From NCBI GenBank assembly GCA_050173015.1, contig JBFXLE010000003.1, positions 1 through 64,000 on the forward strand: a stretch of DNA of 64,000 nucleotides, written 5' to 3'. The DNA comes from Calditrichaceae bacterium. Lineage in GTDB: Bacteria > Calditrichota > Calditrichia > Calditrichales > JBFXGD01. Both the position numbers and the translations under genes were made by a program. The notes under the pieces were generated by a model. The model was given only the letters and a program-made list of their open reading frames with translations, did no database searches and was not told where the DNA came from. Shown piece by piece: positions 39,926 through 49,792 of the stretch. Within the stretch, counting starts at the first letter, position 1. Each line of letters starts with the position of its first letter.

Positions 39926-41098
39926 TTAAAAATTCCAATCGATACCGATGCCAAACAGATTGCTGTCATAGTTATACCAGTAACTATTGGATTCATTTTT
40001 GGTATAAACATAGTCAAAACTTATTTTTAAAGCATTTAACCACGATTTATTCGCATGAAACGTCTTGGATAGATTTACATAAACCGCCTTAAGATCATCT
40101 TCCCTGATCCCACCCGCGGCAACGGTATCATCCGCTGAAACATATGCATTTTCACTGATATATTCTTTTGAGATTAAATTTCCGCTGACACCCAGTTTTA
40201 CAGCCCAGGGAAACAGAATCGTGATTTTGGATGTCACCTCATCACTGCTGTAGCTGAAGGGATCATCAAAAAGCTCTTCATCCTGATAATAGGAATCAGA
40301 ATTGAGATAATTAGTCTCGTCGGTCAGACTGATTTGTTTTTTATATTGTATATTGGCGCCTATCCGCGGGTGAATTGACTGAGCTATTCTTCCCAGGAGT
40401 ACAACCTGGCTCATACTTGGTATCTCCGTGGAGGATACAGACACAGAAGTTGTTGGCAGCATCCCGCCTCCCCGGCCTCCGCCCATGCCGCCCCCGGATG
40501 TAGACGTATAATACGTTTCACTTCCCGAAAAGGCCTTATAGCCCCAATCGCCTTCAAGTATCAGTGATGTTTTTGTGGGAAATGATTTACTCATCTGAGC
40601 AAAAACATAATGACGTGAGTTGGTTAAATCAGGAATATATGTGTATTCCCTGTATCTGAAATTGTATCCTGTTTTTAACAATAAAAATGACAAATTAAAT
40701 CTAAAATTCGCGTAGGCATAGATCTGTGAATAATCATAATATTCATAATCTTTCCCGTTGATACGGATCGAAAGACTGGAACCAAGATAAAATGTCTGTT
40801 TTTTATTTTCACCAAAAGGAGCCGCGTAATTAAAGCCCAGGTTATGTATTGAAAAATTTCTTTGGGAATTCTCCCTGTAAAACACCAGATCTCCTGAATA
40901 ATAGAGATTTATCCCCGAATCTTCCGGATGAAAACTTAAGCCGATTTGAAAATCATTGATTAAATCTTCTGTTTTTTCAGGAGCGCGGTACATATTATCA
41001 TCATAATAAGATGAGACACTGATATCTTTGCTAAGCTGCGCGAAAGCGTTTCCGGCGTAGATTGTGAGTACTGCTATCAATAAAATCCATTTTCCCAT
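39926..41098 (-). CDS. Outer-membrane beta-barrel protein with Gly/Met-rich loop
   Basis: Signal peptide, YDDN start, alternating aromatic strands, C-terminal GIGIDWNF; SGGGMGGGRGGGM insert. Confidence 0.7.
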   Translation of the reverse strand: MGKWILLIAVLTIYAGNAFAQLSKDISVSSYYDDNMYRAPEKTEDLINDFQIGLSFHPEDSGINLYYSGDLVFYRENSQRNFSIHNLGFNYAAPFGENKKQTFYLGSSLSIRINGKDYEYYDYSQIYAYANFRFNLSFLLLKTGYNFRYREYTYIPDLTNSRHYVFAQMSKSFPTKTSLILEGDWGYKAFSGSETYYTSTSGGGMGGGRGGGMLPTTSVSVSSTEIPSMSQVVLLGRIAQSIHPRIGANIQYKKQISLTDETNYLNSDSYYQDEELFDDPFSYSSDEVTSKITILFPWAVKLGVSGNLISKEYISENAYVSADDTVAAGGIREDDLKAVYVNLSKTFHANKSWLNALKISFDYVYTKNESNSYWYNYDSNLFGIGIDWNF

Positions 41099-41132
41099 GG
41101 CGGTTTCCTTTTTTAGTTTTTAGCCTGAGAGA

Positions 41133-41147
41133 TCAATTATTATGCCA
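41133..41147 (-). promoter_or_regulatory. Sigma-54 (-24/-12) promoter
   Basis: TGGCAT-AATAA-TTGA, 35 nt upstream of the 41098 start; -12 is GA rather than GC. Confidence 0.65.
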
Positions 41148-41335
41148 GTTTTCTCTCATTCTATAAACACCTTATTTTTGGGAATATAATACATACCGGG
41201 AATACAGGCACACCAATACCGCTCGACAGGTCAGTCGAATATACTACAGCCCCGGTCGAATATAATCATGGAATAATCAGTTTGAAAATAATTATATAAA
41301 ATTTTGTCACACGGTTGTCAAAATGGTCCCGGCAA

Positions 41336-42814
41336 TCATGTTGAAGTTTTATGGATGGAAATCAGATTATATTTTTTTTGATGAATCTTCAATTTATAAG
41401 TGATGTTCATTTCGTCAAGCATATTCTGAATAACATGGTTCTTTTGATCAGTGATAATGACATAGGTCATATCCGGCTTGTTTACTATTTCCTGAAAGAG
41501 GGTTTCGGGGCTGCGTTCTTGAGAATCCTGTTCCTGACCGTACTGAATTCGTTCCAATTTCCCGTTCAGATAATATTGCAGGCCGTAAAGTTTATCCCGA
41601 TGATATAATATAAATTTTGTGGATTGATCAGAATCTTTTTCAACGGCGCGGTACAGCTGACTCATGCATTTGGGTGAATCAACATATGCGGCAATTCCTT
41701 TCCCGACGACCATTATTACCGCCGTAAGCGCCGCTGCATAGTGTACTTTTCTCAATAATTTATTCTGTCTGTAAGCTCTGAGCAGTCCCCTACCGGTAAC
41801 AAGGGCCAGAGGCGGGACAAAGGGAAGAACATAAAACGGAAGCCGGCTTCTGGAGACGGACAGTACAATCACGGGTATCAGCAACCACAGAAACAAAAAT
41901 AAAATAACTTCGTTTTGCTTTATCTTTTTTCTGATAAAATTCTGAATATTCTCCGATGAAATCCGTGTCTTTATCTTTGGCCAAAAAAATATCCATGGAA
42001 TCAAACCGAGAAATAGCGGAACGAGATAAATAACCACCGGTTTATACCATTCGGGATTCCTGTGAAACTTATCCGAAAATACACGCGAGACTACTTCATC
42101 TTTTAAGAAATAATCCAGAAGACCATCCGTCTGCAGAATCACGTACAGATACCATGAAAAAGCGGATATGATAAAAACAGAAATTCCCGGGAAAGTCATT
42201 AGTTTTGGCAATTCGCGGCCCTGTCTTAACCGGATGGCATGAAAAACAAAAATACTCAGCAGTGAGAGAAGCGCGGGAGGGCCTTTTGTTAAGAATCCGA
42301 GACCGGATGCCAGCCATACAAGTACAATCCATCCACGACCGTGCTTACTGTTATTTGTCCTGATGGCTTTCCAGTACGCGAATACGGTAAGCAGCTCCCA
42401 AAAAGATAAAATCATATCTGTTGAAACATTGTTCGCCGCCGTGATGATAAACGGTGATGTGGCAAAAACAAAGGCAGATATATATCCCGTGATATCATCC
42501 CAAAGGGTTTTTCCCAAAGCGTAAACAAGAAGAATCATTAACAAATAGAAAAACGCGTTTGCGAATCGGGCACCCAGGTTGTTTACGCCAAACAGTTTTA
42601 TCCCCGCCGCGATTGCCCAGTAAGTCAACGGCGGCTTTGTCCAGTGAGGCTGATAGTCCAGCTGCGGAATCAACCAGTTTCCTGTTTCCAGCATTTCTCT
42701 CGCCGACTCGGCATAGCGGCCTTCCGTTGTCTCGTAAAGTCCCCGGGAGCTCTGGAATGAAAAGGCGATGAACAGCGAAATAAATATTAGCAGAAGAATA
42801 TTTTTCTTTGCCAT
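41336..42814 (-). CDS. ArnT/PMT-family (GT83) glycosyltransferase
   Basis: TEGRYAESAREM, KPPLTYW, LTKGP, multiple TM helices. Confidence 0.9.
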   Translation of the reverse strand: MAKKNILLLIFISLFIAFSFQSSRGLYETTEGRYAESAREMLETGNWLIPQLDYQPHWTKPPLTYWAIAAGIKLFGVNNLGARFANAFFYLLMILLVYALGKTLWDDITGYISAFVFATSPFIITAANNVSTDMILSFWELLTVFAYWKAIRTNNSKHGRGWIVLVWLASGLGFLTKGPPALLSLLSIFVFHAIRLRQGRELPKLMTFPGISVFIISAFSWYLYVILQTDGLLDYFLKDEVVSRVFSDKFHRNPEWYKPVVIYLVPLFLGLIPWIFFWPKIKTRISSENIQNFIRKKIKQNEVILFLFLWLLIPVIVLSVSRSRLPFYVLPFVPPLALVTGRGLLRAYRQNKLLRKVHYAAALTAVIMVVGKGIAAYVDSPKCMSQLYRAVEKDSDQSTKFILYHRDKLYGLQYYLNGKLERIQYGQEQDSQERSPETLFQEIVNKPDMTYVIITDQKNHVIQNMLDEMNITYKLKIHQKKYNLISIHKTST

Positions 42815-42818
42815 CCGG

Positions 42819-43091
42819 TCAATCTTCCCTGCCTTTTTTCTCTTTTGCTATTAGTATCAGATTTCTGCCGTATATGATCCCTCCCGTAACCTGACCGACA
42901 ATAAAAACCGGATCTTTCTGGTGAATGGCATAAATTAGCAGAAGCAGTGAACCCGCGATACTCAGATACCAAAAGATATTAGGAAAATAGCTCTTTCCGG
43001 CCCGCTCACTGCTAATCCATTGAACAATGAATCGTGAACCAAAAACCGCCTGCCCGGAAAATCCGATAAGCAACCATATTTTATTTGCCAT
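42819..43091 (-). CDS. Lipid A biosynthesis N-terminal (LAB_N) domain protein
   Basis: RFIVQWISSE, FWYLS, DPVFIVGQ, IYGRNL. Confidence 0.9.
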   Translation of the reverse strand: MANKIWLLIGFSGQAVFGSRFIVQWISSERAGKSYFPNIFWYLSIAGSLLLLIYAIHQKDPVFIVGQVTGGIIYGRNLILIAKEKKGRED

Positions 43092-43836
43092 TTTTCATTT
43101 TCCTCCCGTTGAAAACGGAGTATTTGATTTTGCTGCTTACAAATCGGCTTTGCATCCATCTTACCGCCAAAGTATCGGCGATGCCCACCCATAACCGATT
43201 ATTGATACCGTATTTCGTTTTTCCGTGAATACGCGGCCGGTGATTGACAGAAATATCAGACATGGTAAATCCGTCCAGTTCAATCAGCGTGGGAAGAAAC
43301 CGATGCATCCCCTTAAACACAGGAACATCATTTATACATTCTTTTCTGAAAACACGTATTGAACAACCTACATCCGCGACATGTGATTTTGTTACCCAAT
43401 TTCTGAAACCGTTCGCGATTCTTGAAGAAATTTTACGGACAAAATTATCCTGACGTTTCAATCTGATTCCGTTGACAAGATCCACCTTTTCTGTTTCAAG
43501 ATGCCTGACCAACCGGGGAATATCCGCCGGATCATTTTGTAAATCAGAGTCAAGCATGGCAATAAAAGCCCCTTTTGCCAATCTGAATCCTTTAGACAAA
43601 GCCGCAGACTGACCGTAATTCTTATCCAAACGGATCAGAGTGTAATTCTCGTGTTCACCACAAAGCTTCTCAATGACTTCCGCGGACCGGTCAGTTGATC
43701 CGTCATCAACAAATATACACTCCCATTGTCTTTCGAATGAACGCAGAGCATCTTGTATTTCTTCCGATAATATCGGAATCGATCCAGCTTCATTTTTTAA
43801 AGGTATGACGATGCTTAAATATATTTCATTATCCAT
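43081..43836 (-). CDS. GT2 polyprenol-phosphate glycosyltransferase (ArnC/RgtE-like)
   Basis: VDDGSTD, NYGQSAA, DSDLQNDP, HRFLP; start at M44 of track ORF. Confidence 0.9.
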   Translation of the reverse strand: MDNEIYLSIVIPLKNEAGSIPILSEEIQDALRSFERQWECIFVDDGSTDRSAEVIEKLCGEHENYTLIRLDKNYGQSAALSKGFRLAKGAFIAMLDSDLQNDPADIPRLVRHLETEKVDLVNGIRLKRQDNFVRKISSRIANGFRNWVTKSHVADVGCSIRVFRKECINDVPVFKGMHRFLPTLIELDGFTMSDISVNHRPRIHGKTKYGINNRLWVGIADTLAVRWMQSRFVSSKIKYSVFNGRKMKNGK

Positions 43837-44039
43837 AATAAATGTATCTCCAGGGACTGAGAAATACAGTCTTACTTCTATAGTTATATAATTTGATTTA
43901 ACCGAAGCTTTTAATGTTCTTAAAGAAACTAAAACGATAGAGTTTATATTTCTAAATACGTTCAATTTTTAATATCAAAAAGTGTATTTTAATAATAAAA
44001 TCTGAAAAAGCAAGGACTTCCAAATAACTTTATAAAAAA

Positions 44040-45401
44040 TCAGATCGAAATTTTACCAAATTCAGATAATTTGGTCACAACCAGATTTTTTATTTCTTCC
44101 ATCCTCTCAGGAGTACGCGCTTCAAAGCGTAAAACAAGAACCGGCTGGGTATTGGATGCTCTCACCAGTCCCCAGCCATCTCCAAACTGGATCCTGACGC
44201 CGTCAACATCAATGACATCATATTTTGATGAAAAATACTCCTTTGCTTTTTGAGCAATGGCGAATTTCACTTCGTCTGTGGCGACTTCAGCGCGGATTTC
44301 CGGAGTCGAATAGTATTTCGGAACATCTTCAAGCAATTCGGACATCTTTTTGTCCGATTTTGACAGAAGCTCCACCATCCTTGCCGAGGCATAGATGGCG
44401 TCATCAAAACCGTAGAAACGATCCGCGAAAAAGAGATGTCCGCTCATCTCTCCCGCAAGCGGCGATCCTGTTTCTTTCATCTTTTTCTTTAAATTGGAAT
44501 GCCCGGTTTTCCACATGACCGGCTTTCCACCGAATTTTTCTATCATTTCCGGCAATGCCTGGGAACATTTCACTTCAAAAATAACCGGCGCCCCGGGATG
44601 ATTTTTAAGAATATCTCTTCCAAAAATGATCATTAACCGGTCACCCCAGATAATATCGCCTTTCTCATCAACGACCCCGATCCGGTCCCCGTCACCGTCA
44701 TATCCAATGCCCAGATCCGCCCCTGTTTCGCGGACAGTCCTTATCAGTTCCTGAATATTTTCGACTACGGTGGGATCCGGATGATGATTGGGAAAATTTC
44801 CGTCGGGAGTATCAAAAAGATCGATTGAGTCCACATTCATCTCTTTAAACAGCCGGTGAGCAATCAAAGAGGCCGCGCCGTTTCCTGAGTCCAGAACAAC
44901 TTTGATGGGACGTTCGATATTTATGCCATTTTTTATAACGTCGATATAATCATCGTTTACCGATGCCGTCTCGTATCCGCCGTTTCCGGTGGAAAAATCA
45001 GCATCATTAATTATCTTCATGATTTCCTGAATGGCATCTCCATAAACCGGTGAATTTTTTAAAGTGAGTTTAAATCCATTGAATTCAGGCGGATTATGAC
45101 TGCCCGTAATCTGAACTCCTCCATCGACTTTCAGATGATGCATACTAAAATACTGCACCGGTGTGGGAACCGGCCCGATGTCAACCACATCAACGCCGGC
45201 AGAACGAATTCCTTCCGCTATTCTTTTTCTAAAACGTTCACTGGATAGACGGACATCCCCCCCAATTGATATTTTCATGGCGTTATTTCTTCTAAAATAA
45301 GTGCCAAATCCTTTCCCTAGCAACAAGACCACTTCATCGGTCAAATCCTGATCAACCACACCCCTTATATCGTATTCTCTGAAAATATATGGATTTAACA
45401 T
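44040..45401 (-). CDS. Phosphomannomutase/phosphoglucomutase
   Basis: FREYDIRG, TGSHNP, DGDGDR, GEMSGH, VRASNT. Confidence 0.95.
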   Translation of the reverse strand: MLNPYIFREYDIRGVVDQDLTDEVVLLLGKGFGTYFRRNNAMKISIGGDVRLSSERFRKRIAEGIRSAGVDVVDIGPVPTPVQYFSMHHLKVDGGVQITGSHNPPEFNGFKLTLKNSPVYGDAIQEIMKIINDADFSTGNGGYETASVNDDYIDVIKNGINIERPIKVVLDSGNGAASLIAHRLFKEMNVDSIDLFDTPDGNFPNHHPDPTVVENIQELIRTVRETGADLGIGYDGDGDRIGVVDEKGDIIWGDRLMIIFGRDILKNHPGAPVIFEVKCSQALPEMIEKFGGKPVMWKTGHSNLKKKMKETGSPLAGEMSGHLFFADRFYGFDDAIYASARMVELLSKSDKKMSELLEDVPKYYSTPEIRAEVATDEVKFAIAQKAKEYFSSKYDVIDVDGVRIQFGDGWGLVRASNTQPVLVLRFEARTPERMEEIKNLVVTKLSEFGKISI

Positions 45402-45512
45402 TACCGGACTCCTATTCTCAACTCAATCTTTATTCAAATTAATAATGGCCACTTGGACAGCTTTTAATCATTTCTATGATTCTCAATAAATCAGCATGTA
45501 AATTTATATAAA

Positions 45513-46739
45513 CTACTGGTCTGCAGGAAGTTCCCCGTCCTTCGGCAAAAAATCAGCGTTTAAATGATTTATCTCCAAAATCTTTCTCACGGCCTGCTGA
45601 ATTTCATCAACAGGAAACGCTTCTCCCGTATATATATTAAACAGGTACCCGGTGTCGTTTAAATACGTGTGCATCATTAGAAACAACCGCCTGTTTTTTC
45701 CAAAATCAGAATAAATTTCTCTCATATGGATGAGATAATCGGAATAGTACCAGTTTTTTAACCGGGTGACATCCACCAGGTTCAATTGCACAAGAAAATC
45801 CCTGAAATTATCCACAAAATCCGGTTCAACGGCATCTCGTTTTATCACGACAGTCAATTCCCTTTTGCCAAAACTCCATGGATGATAAATATTAATATCT
45901 TCTTCAGCAAGTTCATTTAAAAAATATTTCTTAACAGCGTCAATTAGAAAATATTCCCCGAGTATAGTTTTTTTCCCTACCGGCGGCAGTTGGATGCTGA
46001 GTAGGTAATATTCCGGATCGTAAACCATTCTCAGGGATTGAGAAACATAACCGGCGGTTGACAGATTAGTTGTAACAATTTCCTCTTTCCGGGTAGTATC
46101 AGCCTGGCCTAAAATATAAGGGATAATATGCTGCTGATCAAAATCTCCGGTGATATATAGTTGTATGCCCTTATAGATTTCTTTGTTCTGATAAAAAACT
46201 TTTAAATCACTTCTTTTGACTGAATCCGCGGCCGCGCAAAATTTAGTTATGCCGTAGGGGCTTATACTCATCCAAAGAAGTGAATCCTGTTGATTATAGA
46301 AATTTCCCTGGCATAGCTTCAGATTTTTTCCAAAAGATCCATTATTAACAAGATTAAATATATCAAGTATTTTTCCCATATTTTCAGTAAAGGAAATTTT
46401 GTTGGTCCGAAAAGTCAAAAAACGGTTTTCCTGCCAGTTATATGTGTCATCCGGAAGCCATTTCAATGGTAAGACAGCCGTTGCTCCCGGTAACTGTTCA
46501 AACTGCCGCTGAATAGAATGCCACATAATCTCTGAGTAAATCCCAAATTCGGAATTATCTGTCGCGGCCGACTTTTTAAAATAGACGATCATCCATACAT
46601 CTGACAGGGTTTCATCCGGATCTATCCAGACCGACAGGCCGGATTTTAATCCAACCGGATGGACATATACCCCGGCGTTCGCCTTGAAGCAAAATAAAAC
46701 CGCTATTATGAAAATAAATATTTTATGATTTAAACGCAT
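45513..46739 (-). CDS. Secreted hypothetical protein, possibly a degenerate M16-peptidase-like fold
   Basis: Signal peptide; LKSGLSV and LYITGDFD recall M16 landmarks, but there is no HxxEH. Confidence 0.5.
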   Translation of the reverse strand: MRLNHKIFIFIIAVLFCFKANAGVYVHPVGLKSGLSVWIDPDETLSDVWMIVYFKKSAATDNSEFGIYSEIMWHSIQRQFEQLPGATAVLPLKWLPDDTYNWQENRFLTFRTNKISFTENMGKILDIFNLVNNGSFGKNLKLCQGNFYNQQDSLLWMSISPYGITKFCAAADSVKRSDLKVFYQNKEIYKGIQLYITGDFDQQHIIPYILGQADTTRKEEIVTTNLSTAGYVSQSLRMVYDPEYYLLSIQLPPVGKKTILGEYFLIDAVKKYFLNELAEEDINIYHPWSFGKRELTVVIKRDAVEPDFVDNFRDFLVQLNLVDVTRLKNWYYSDYLIHMREIYSDFGKNRRLFLMMHTYLNDTGYLFNIYTGEAFPVDEIQQAVRKILEINHLNADFLPKDGELPADQ

Positions 46740-47017
46740 GTAAATAAGTTAGTTATTTGAGTAATAAGCATCAAGTTCAAAATAATGAATCCAGCTAAAT
46801 TGTTGAGCGAATCTCATAAAACAGGCGATGTGCTTTTTATCATAGCATTATAATCATACTAATGTAAATTTTGCATAGATTTCGAGTGTCAGATCATTTT
46901 ATAGCGGATTTGTTATTAATAAGCGATCGTGTCAAATTTATAGTTCTAAAAAAGAATTTGACTTTATTCAATAAATTATTCAACTTTCTAAAAAGTATAA
47001 TCATAAGGTAACTATTA

Positions 47018-47239
47018 ATGAATGATAAAGTTTTAAAAGCGCTGGAAAGTGTTCGCCCGGGCCTGCAGGCCGATGGCGGCGATGTTGAATTTGTCCGCAT
47101 TGACGAAAATAATGTCGTATATATTCGTCTTGTTGGCGCCTGTGGAGGCTGCCCGATGTCCACTCTCACCCTGAAACAAGGTATCGAAAGAATAGTAAAG
47201 ATGCAGGTTCCTGAGATTACAGCCGTTGAAGCAATTTAG
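47018..47239 (+). CDS. NifU/Nfu-domain Fe-S carrier
   Basis: VRPGLQADGGDV, GACGGCP, TLKQGIE. Confidence 0.95.
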   Translation: MNDKVLKALESVRPGLQADGGDVEFVRIDENNVVYIRLVGACGGCPMSTLTLKQGIERIVKMQVPEITAVEAI

Positions 47240-47273
47240 TTAATCACGGAATCCTAAAATAGAGGATTAACCC

Positions 47274-47828
47274 ATGATAGAAGTAAATGTCAACGGAATC
47301 TTTTTAACTCCCACACAGGCGAGCGGGATACTGCTGAAAGAGAAGAACGGCGAACGGACATTGCCGATTATCATAGGTGAATATGAGGCACAGTCAATTG
47401 CTCTCGGGTTGGAAGATATTAAACCTCCCCGGCCGATTACGCATGACCTGACTGTGAACATGTTGAATACATGTAAAATCACGATTGAGAATGTTTTGAT
47501 CACTGAATTAAAAGAAAACACCTTCTATGCCGTGATTCATCTAAAAAAAGATTCAAGCATGCTGGAGGTGGATTCACGGCCGAGCGATGCTATAGCGCTT
47601 GCTGTACGTATCGGAATTCCCATTTATGTTGATGATCTTGTGATGGAACAAGCCGCTTATATTCCGGATGATGAAGAAGAAATAAAAAACAGAAGTTTTA
47701 TCTTTAAAAGCCGGACTGAGGAAATTGATCGTCTAAAATCGGAATTGCAAAAAGCAGTTGAATCAGAAGAATACGAAAAAGCAGCCCGTCTGCGTGATAT
47801 GATAAAGCAGCTTGAATCTAATTCCTGA
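47274..47828 (+). CDS. Bifunctional nuclease (DUF151) with C-terminal UVR domain
   Basis: LPIIIGEYEA, RPITHDL, DSRPSDAIALA, EEYEKAARLRD. Confidence 0.92.
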   Translation: MIEVNVNGIFLTPTQASGILLKEKNGERTLPIIIGEYEAQSIALGLEDIKPPRPITHDLTVNMLNTCKITIENVLITELKENTFYAVIHLKKDSSMLEVDSRPSDAIALAVRIGIPIYVDDLVMEQAAYIPDDEEEIKNRSFIFKSRTEEIDRLKSELQKAVESEEYEKAARLRDMIKQLESNS

Positions 47829-47912
47829 GATCAAACCTGCTTATTGAATCACTTATTCTGATTTTTACACTGAAATAACTGAACTGGAGTATCAAACAAA
47901 GGGTATTGATCA

Positions 47913-48824
47913 ATGGGTAAGTTTCAATTCATGGCAAAATTATATGGTGTTCGCGGAAGCTATCCAATCGCGCCGGAAAACGGGACTAAAATAGGAGGAA
48001 ACACCCCGTGTTTGCTGGTTCGTTCTCAGAAACACATTGTCATATTTGATGCCGGCAGCGGAGTGATAAAACTTGGGAAAGACCTGATCGGCGAGATCAA
48101 TGAACATGGTAAAAAATCCGTTGATCCTCTACATATTACATTTATATTCACTCATACGCACTCCGATCATTTAATAGGTCTTCCATTCTTTGCGCCGTTG
48201 TATATGCCAAATGTCTTTATTCACTTCATCGGTCCGGCTACGTTAGGAGTCGATTTTGAACAGATATTAAGAAGACTGGTCGAACCTCAATATTTCCCGG
48301 TTTCAATGGACGAGTTCCGCTCAAATAAAAGCTTTCGTAATATTAATGAGAATATGACCATATATTTTCTTCCTGGTGTTGATGAACCGCAGATCGCCCA
48401 CGCTAATGAAACGGTACCGGACAACGCTGAATTTGCTGTTCACAATATGAAATATTACTTTCACCCGAAAGATGGGAACTATGTCTATCGGGTTAATTGG
48501 AAAAACAAAGCGCTTGTCTATGCCACAGATGTTGAAGAATATTCCGGTGGAGATCAACGGTTGATCACATTTTCCAAAGATGCTGATTTTCTGATTCATG
48601 ATGCGCAATACACCGAGGAACAATATAAAAGTTTTAACGGATACGGCCATAGCAGTTTTGTGATGGCCTGTGATGCCGCCAAACAAGCAAATGTTAAAAA
48701 ATTACTCCTTTTCCATCATGATCCGAATAACGATGACGATGTTCTTTACGAGATTGAGAAAGATGCAAGGAAACTGTTTACAAACAGCGAACTTGCTACA
48801 GAAAAATGGGAATGGATTTTATAG
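47913..48824 (+). CDS. Metallo-beta-lactamase-fold hydrolase
   Basis: GVRGS, GGNTPC, THTHSDH, HDAQY, GHS, FHHDP. Confidence 0.9.
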   Translation: MGKFQFMAKLYGVRGSYPIAPENGTKIGGNTPCLLVRSQKHIVIFDAGSGVIKLGKDLIGEINEHGKKSVDPLHITFIFTHTHSDHLIGLPFFAPLYMPNVFIHFIGPATLGVDFEQILRRLVEPQYFPVSMDEFRSNKSFRNINENMTIYFLPGVDEPQIAHANETVPDNAEFAVHNMKYYFHPKDGNYVYRVNWKNKALVYATDVEEYSGGDQRLITFSKDADFLIHDAQYTEEQYKSFNGYGHSSFVMACDAAKQANVKKLLLFHHDPNNDDDVLYEIEKDARKLFTNSELATEKWEWIL

Positions 48825-48825
48825 A

Positions 48826-49428
48826 TTATACTTCCCGGCGACTTAGAATTGCTCTTCCGATCGTCGCCTGATCAACAAATTCCAGATGCGAACCTATCGG
48901 CACTCCGCTGGCGATACGCGTTACGCGTACATCTTTATCCTTGAGCATTCGAGAGATATAGATCATGGTTGCTTCGCCTTCCGTACTGGGATTAAGAGCC
49001 AATAAGACTTCATCAGTTTCATTTTTTTTCACACGCGCGGCCAGTTCCAGAATTCGGAGATCCGTCGATTTGATACCTGCTAAGGGAGAAATGACACCGC
49101 CAAGAACATGGTAGAGCCCGCGATATTCGTTAGATCCTTCTATCGCCATGATATCCACAATGTCTTCGACAACGCATATTTTTTTTTGATCCCGGCGTGA
49201 ATCAGAACAGATCGAACATAATTCATGTTCGGAAATATTAAAACACTGCGCGCATAACCGCGTTTCAGATTTAATCCGAACGATTGCATTCGCTAGATTT
49301 TCCGCAAACTCTGACTCTGCTTTAAGAATAAATATCGCCAGACGCTGAGCCGTTTTCCGGCCGATACCCGGTAGCCGGCTGAGTTCGTTGATTAAATTAT
49401 CCAGTGACGGAATACCATGTGATATCAT
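48826..49428 (-). CDS. recR: Recombination mediator RecR
   Basis: LPGIGRKTAQRLA, C4 zinc finger, YHVLGG, EGEAT. Confidence 0.97.
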   Translation of the reverse strand: MISHGIPSLDNLINELSRLPGIGRKTAQRLAIFILKAESEFAENLANAIVRIKSETRLCAQCFNISEHELCSICSDSRRDQKKICVVEDIVDIMAIEGSNEYRGLYHVLGGVISPLAGIKSTDLRILELAARVKKNETDEVLLALNPSTEGEATMIYISRMLKDKDVRVTRIASGVPIGSHLEFVDQATIGRAILSRREV

Positions 49429-49431
49429 TAT

Positions 49432-49776
49432 CTACATTCCCGGAAAATTAAAATTCTCAGGCAGGTTTAATCCACCAAGCATACCGCCGGTAACTTTTTG
49501 CATCTCTTCATTCGCTCTTTTTTGCGCGTTTTTTACTGCCTGATTCACCGCTGCTGAAATTAAATCTTCCAACATTTCTTTCTCATTGGGATCTATAACT
49601 TCCGGTTCGATGGAGATGGAAATGATTTCCAGCTTGCAGTTAGCCACCGCTTTTATCATGCCACCGCCTGAAGTGCCTTCCACGGTAATATTAGCCAGTT
49701 CATCCTGAACCTTTTGCATCTCCTTTTGTACTTTTTGGGCCTGTTTTAAAAGATCCCCCATATTGCCTAAATTCAT
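49432..49776 (-). CDS. ybaB: YbaB/EbfC nucleoid-associated protein
   Basis: EGTSGGGM, EMLEDL; between dnaX and recR. Confidence 0.95.
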   Translation of the reverse strand: MNLGNMGDLLKQAQKVQKEMQKVQDELANITVEGTSGGGMIKAVANCKLEIISISIEPEVIDPNEKEMLEDLISAAVNQAVKNAQKRANEEMQKVTGGMLGGLNLPENFNFPGM

Positions 49777-49792
49777 AATATATTCTCCTGTC

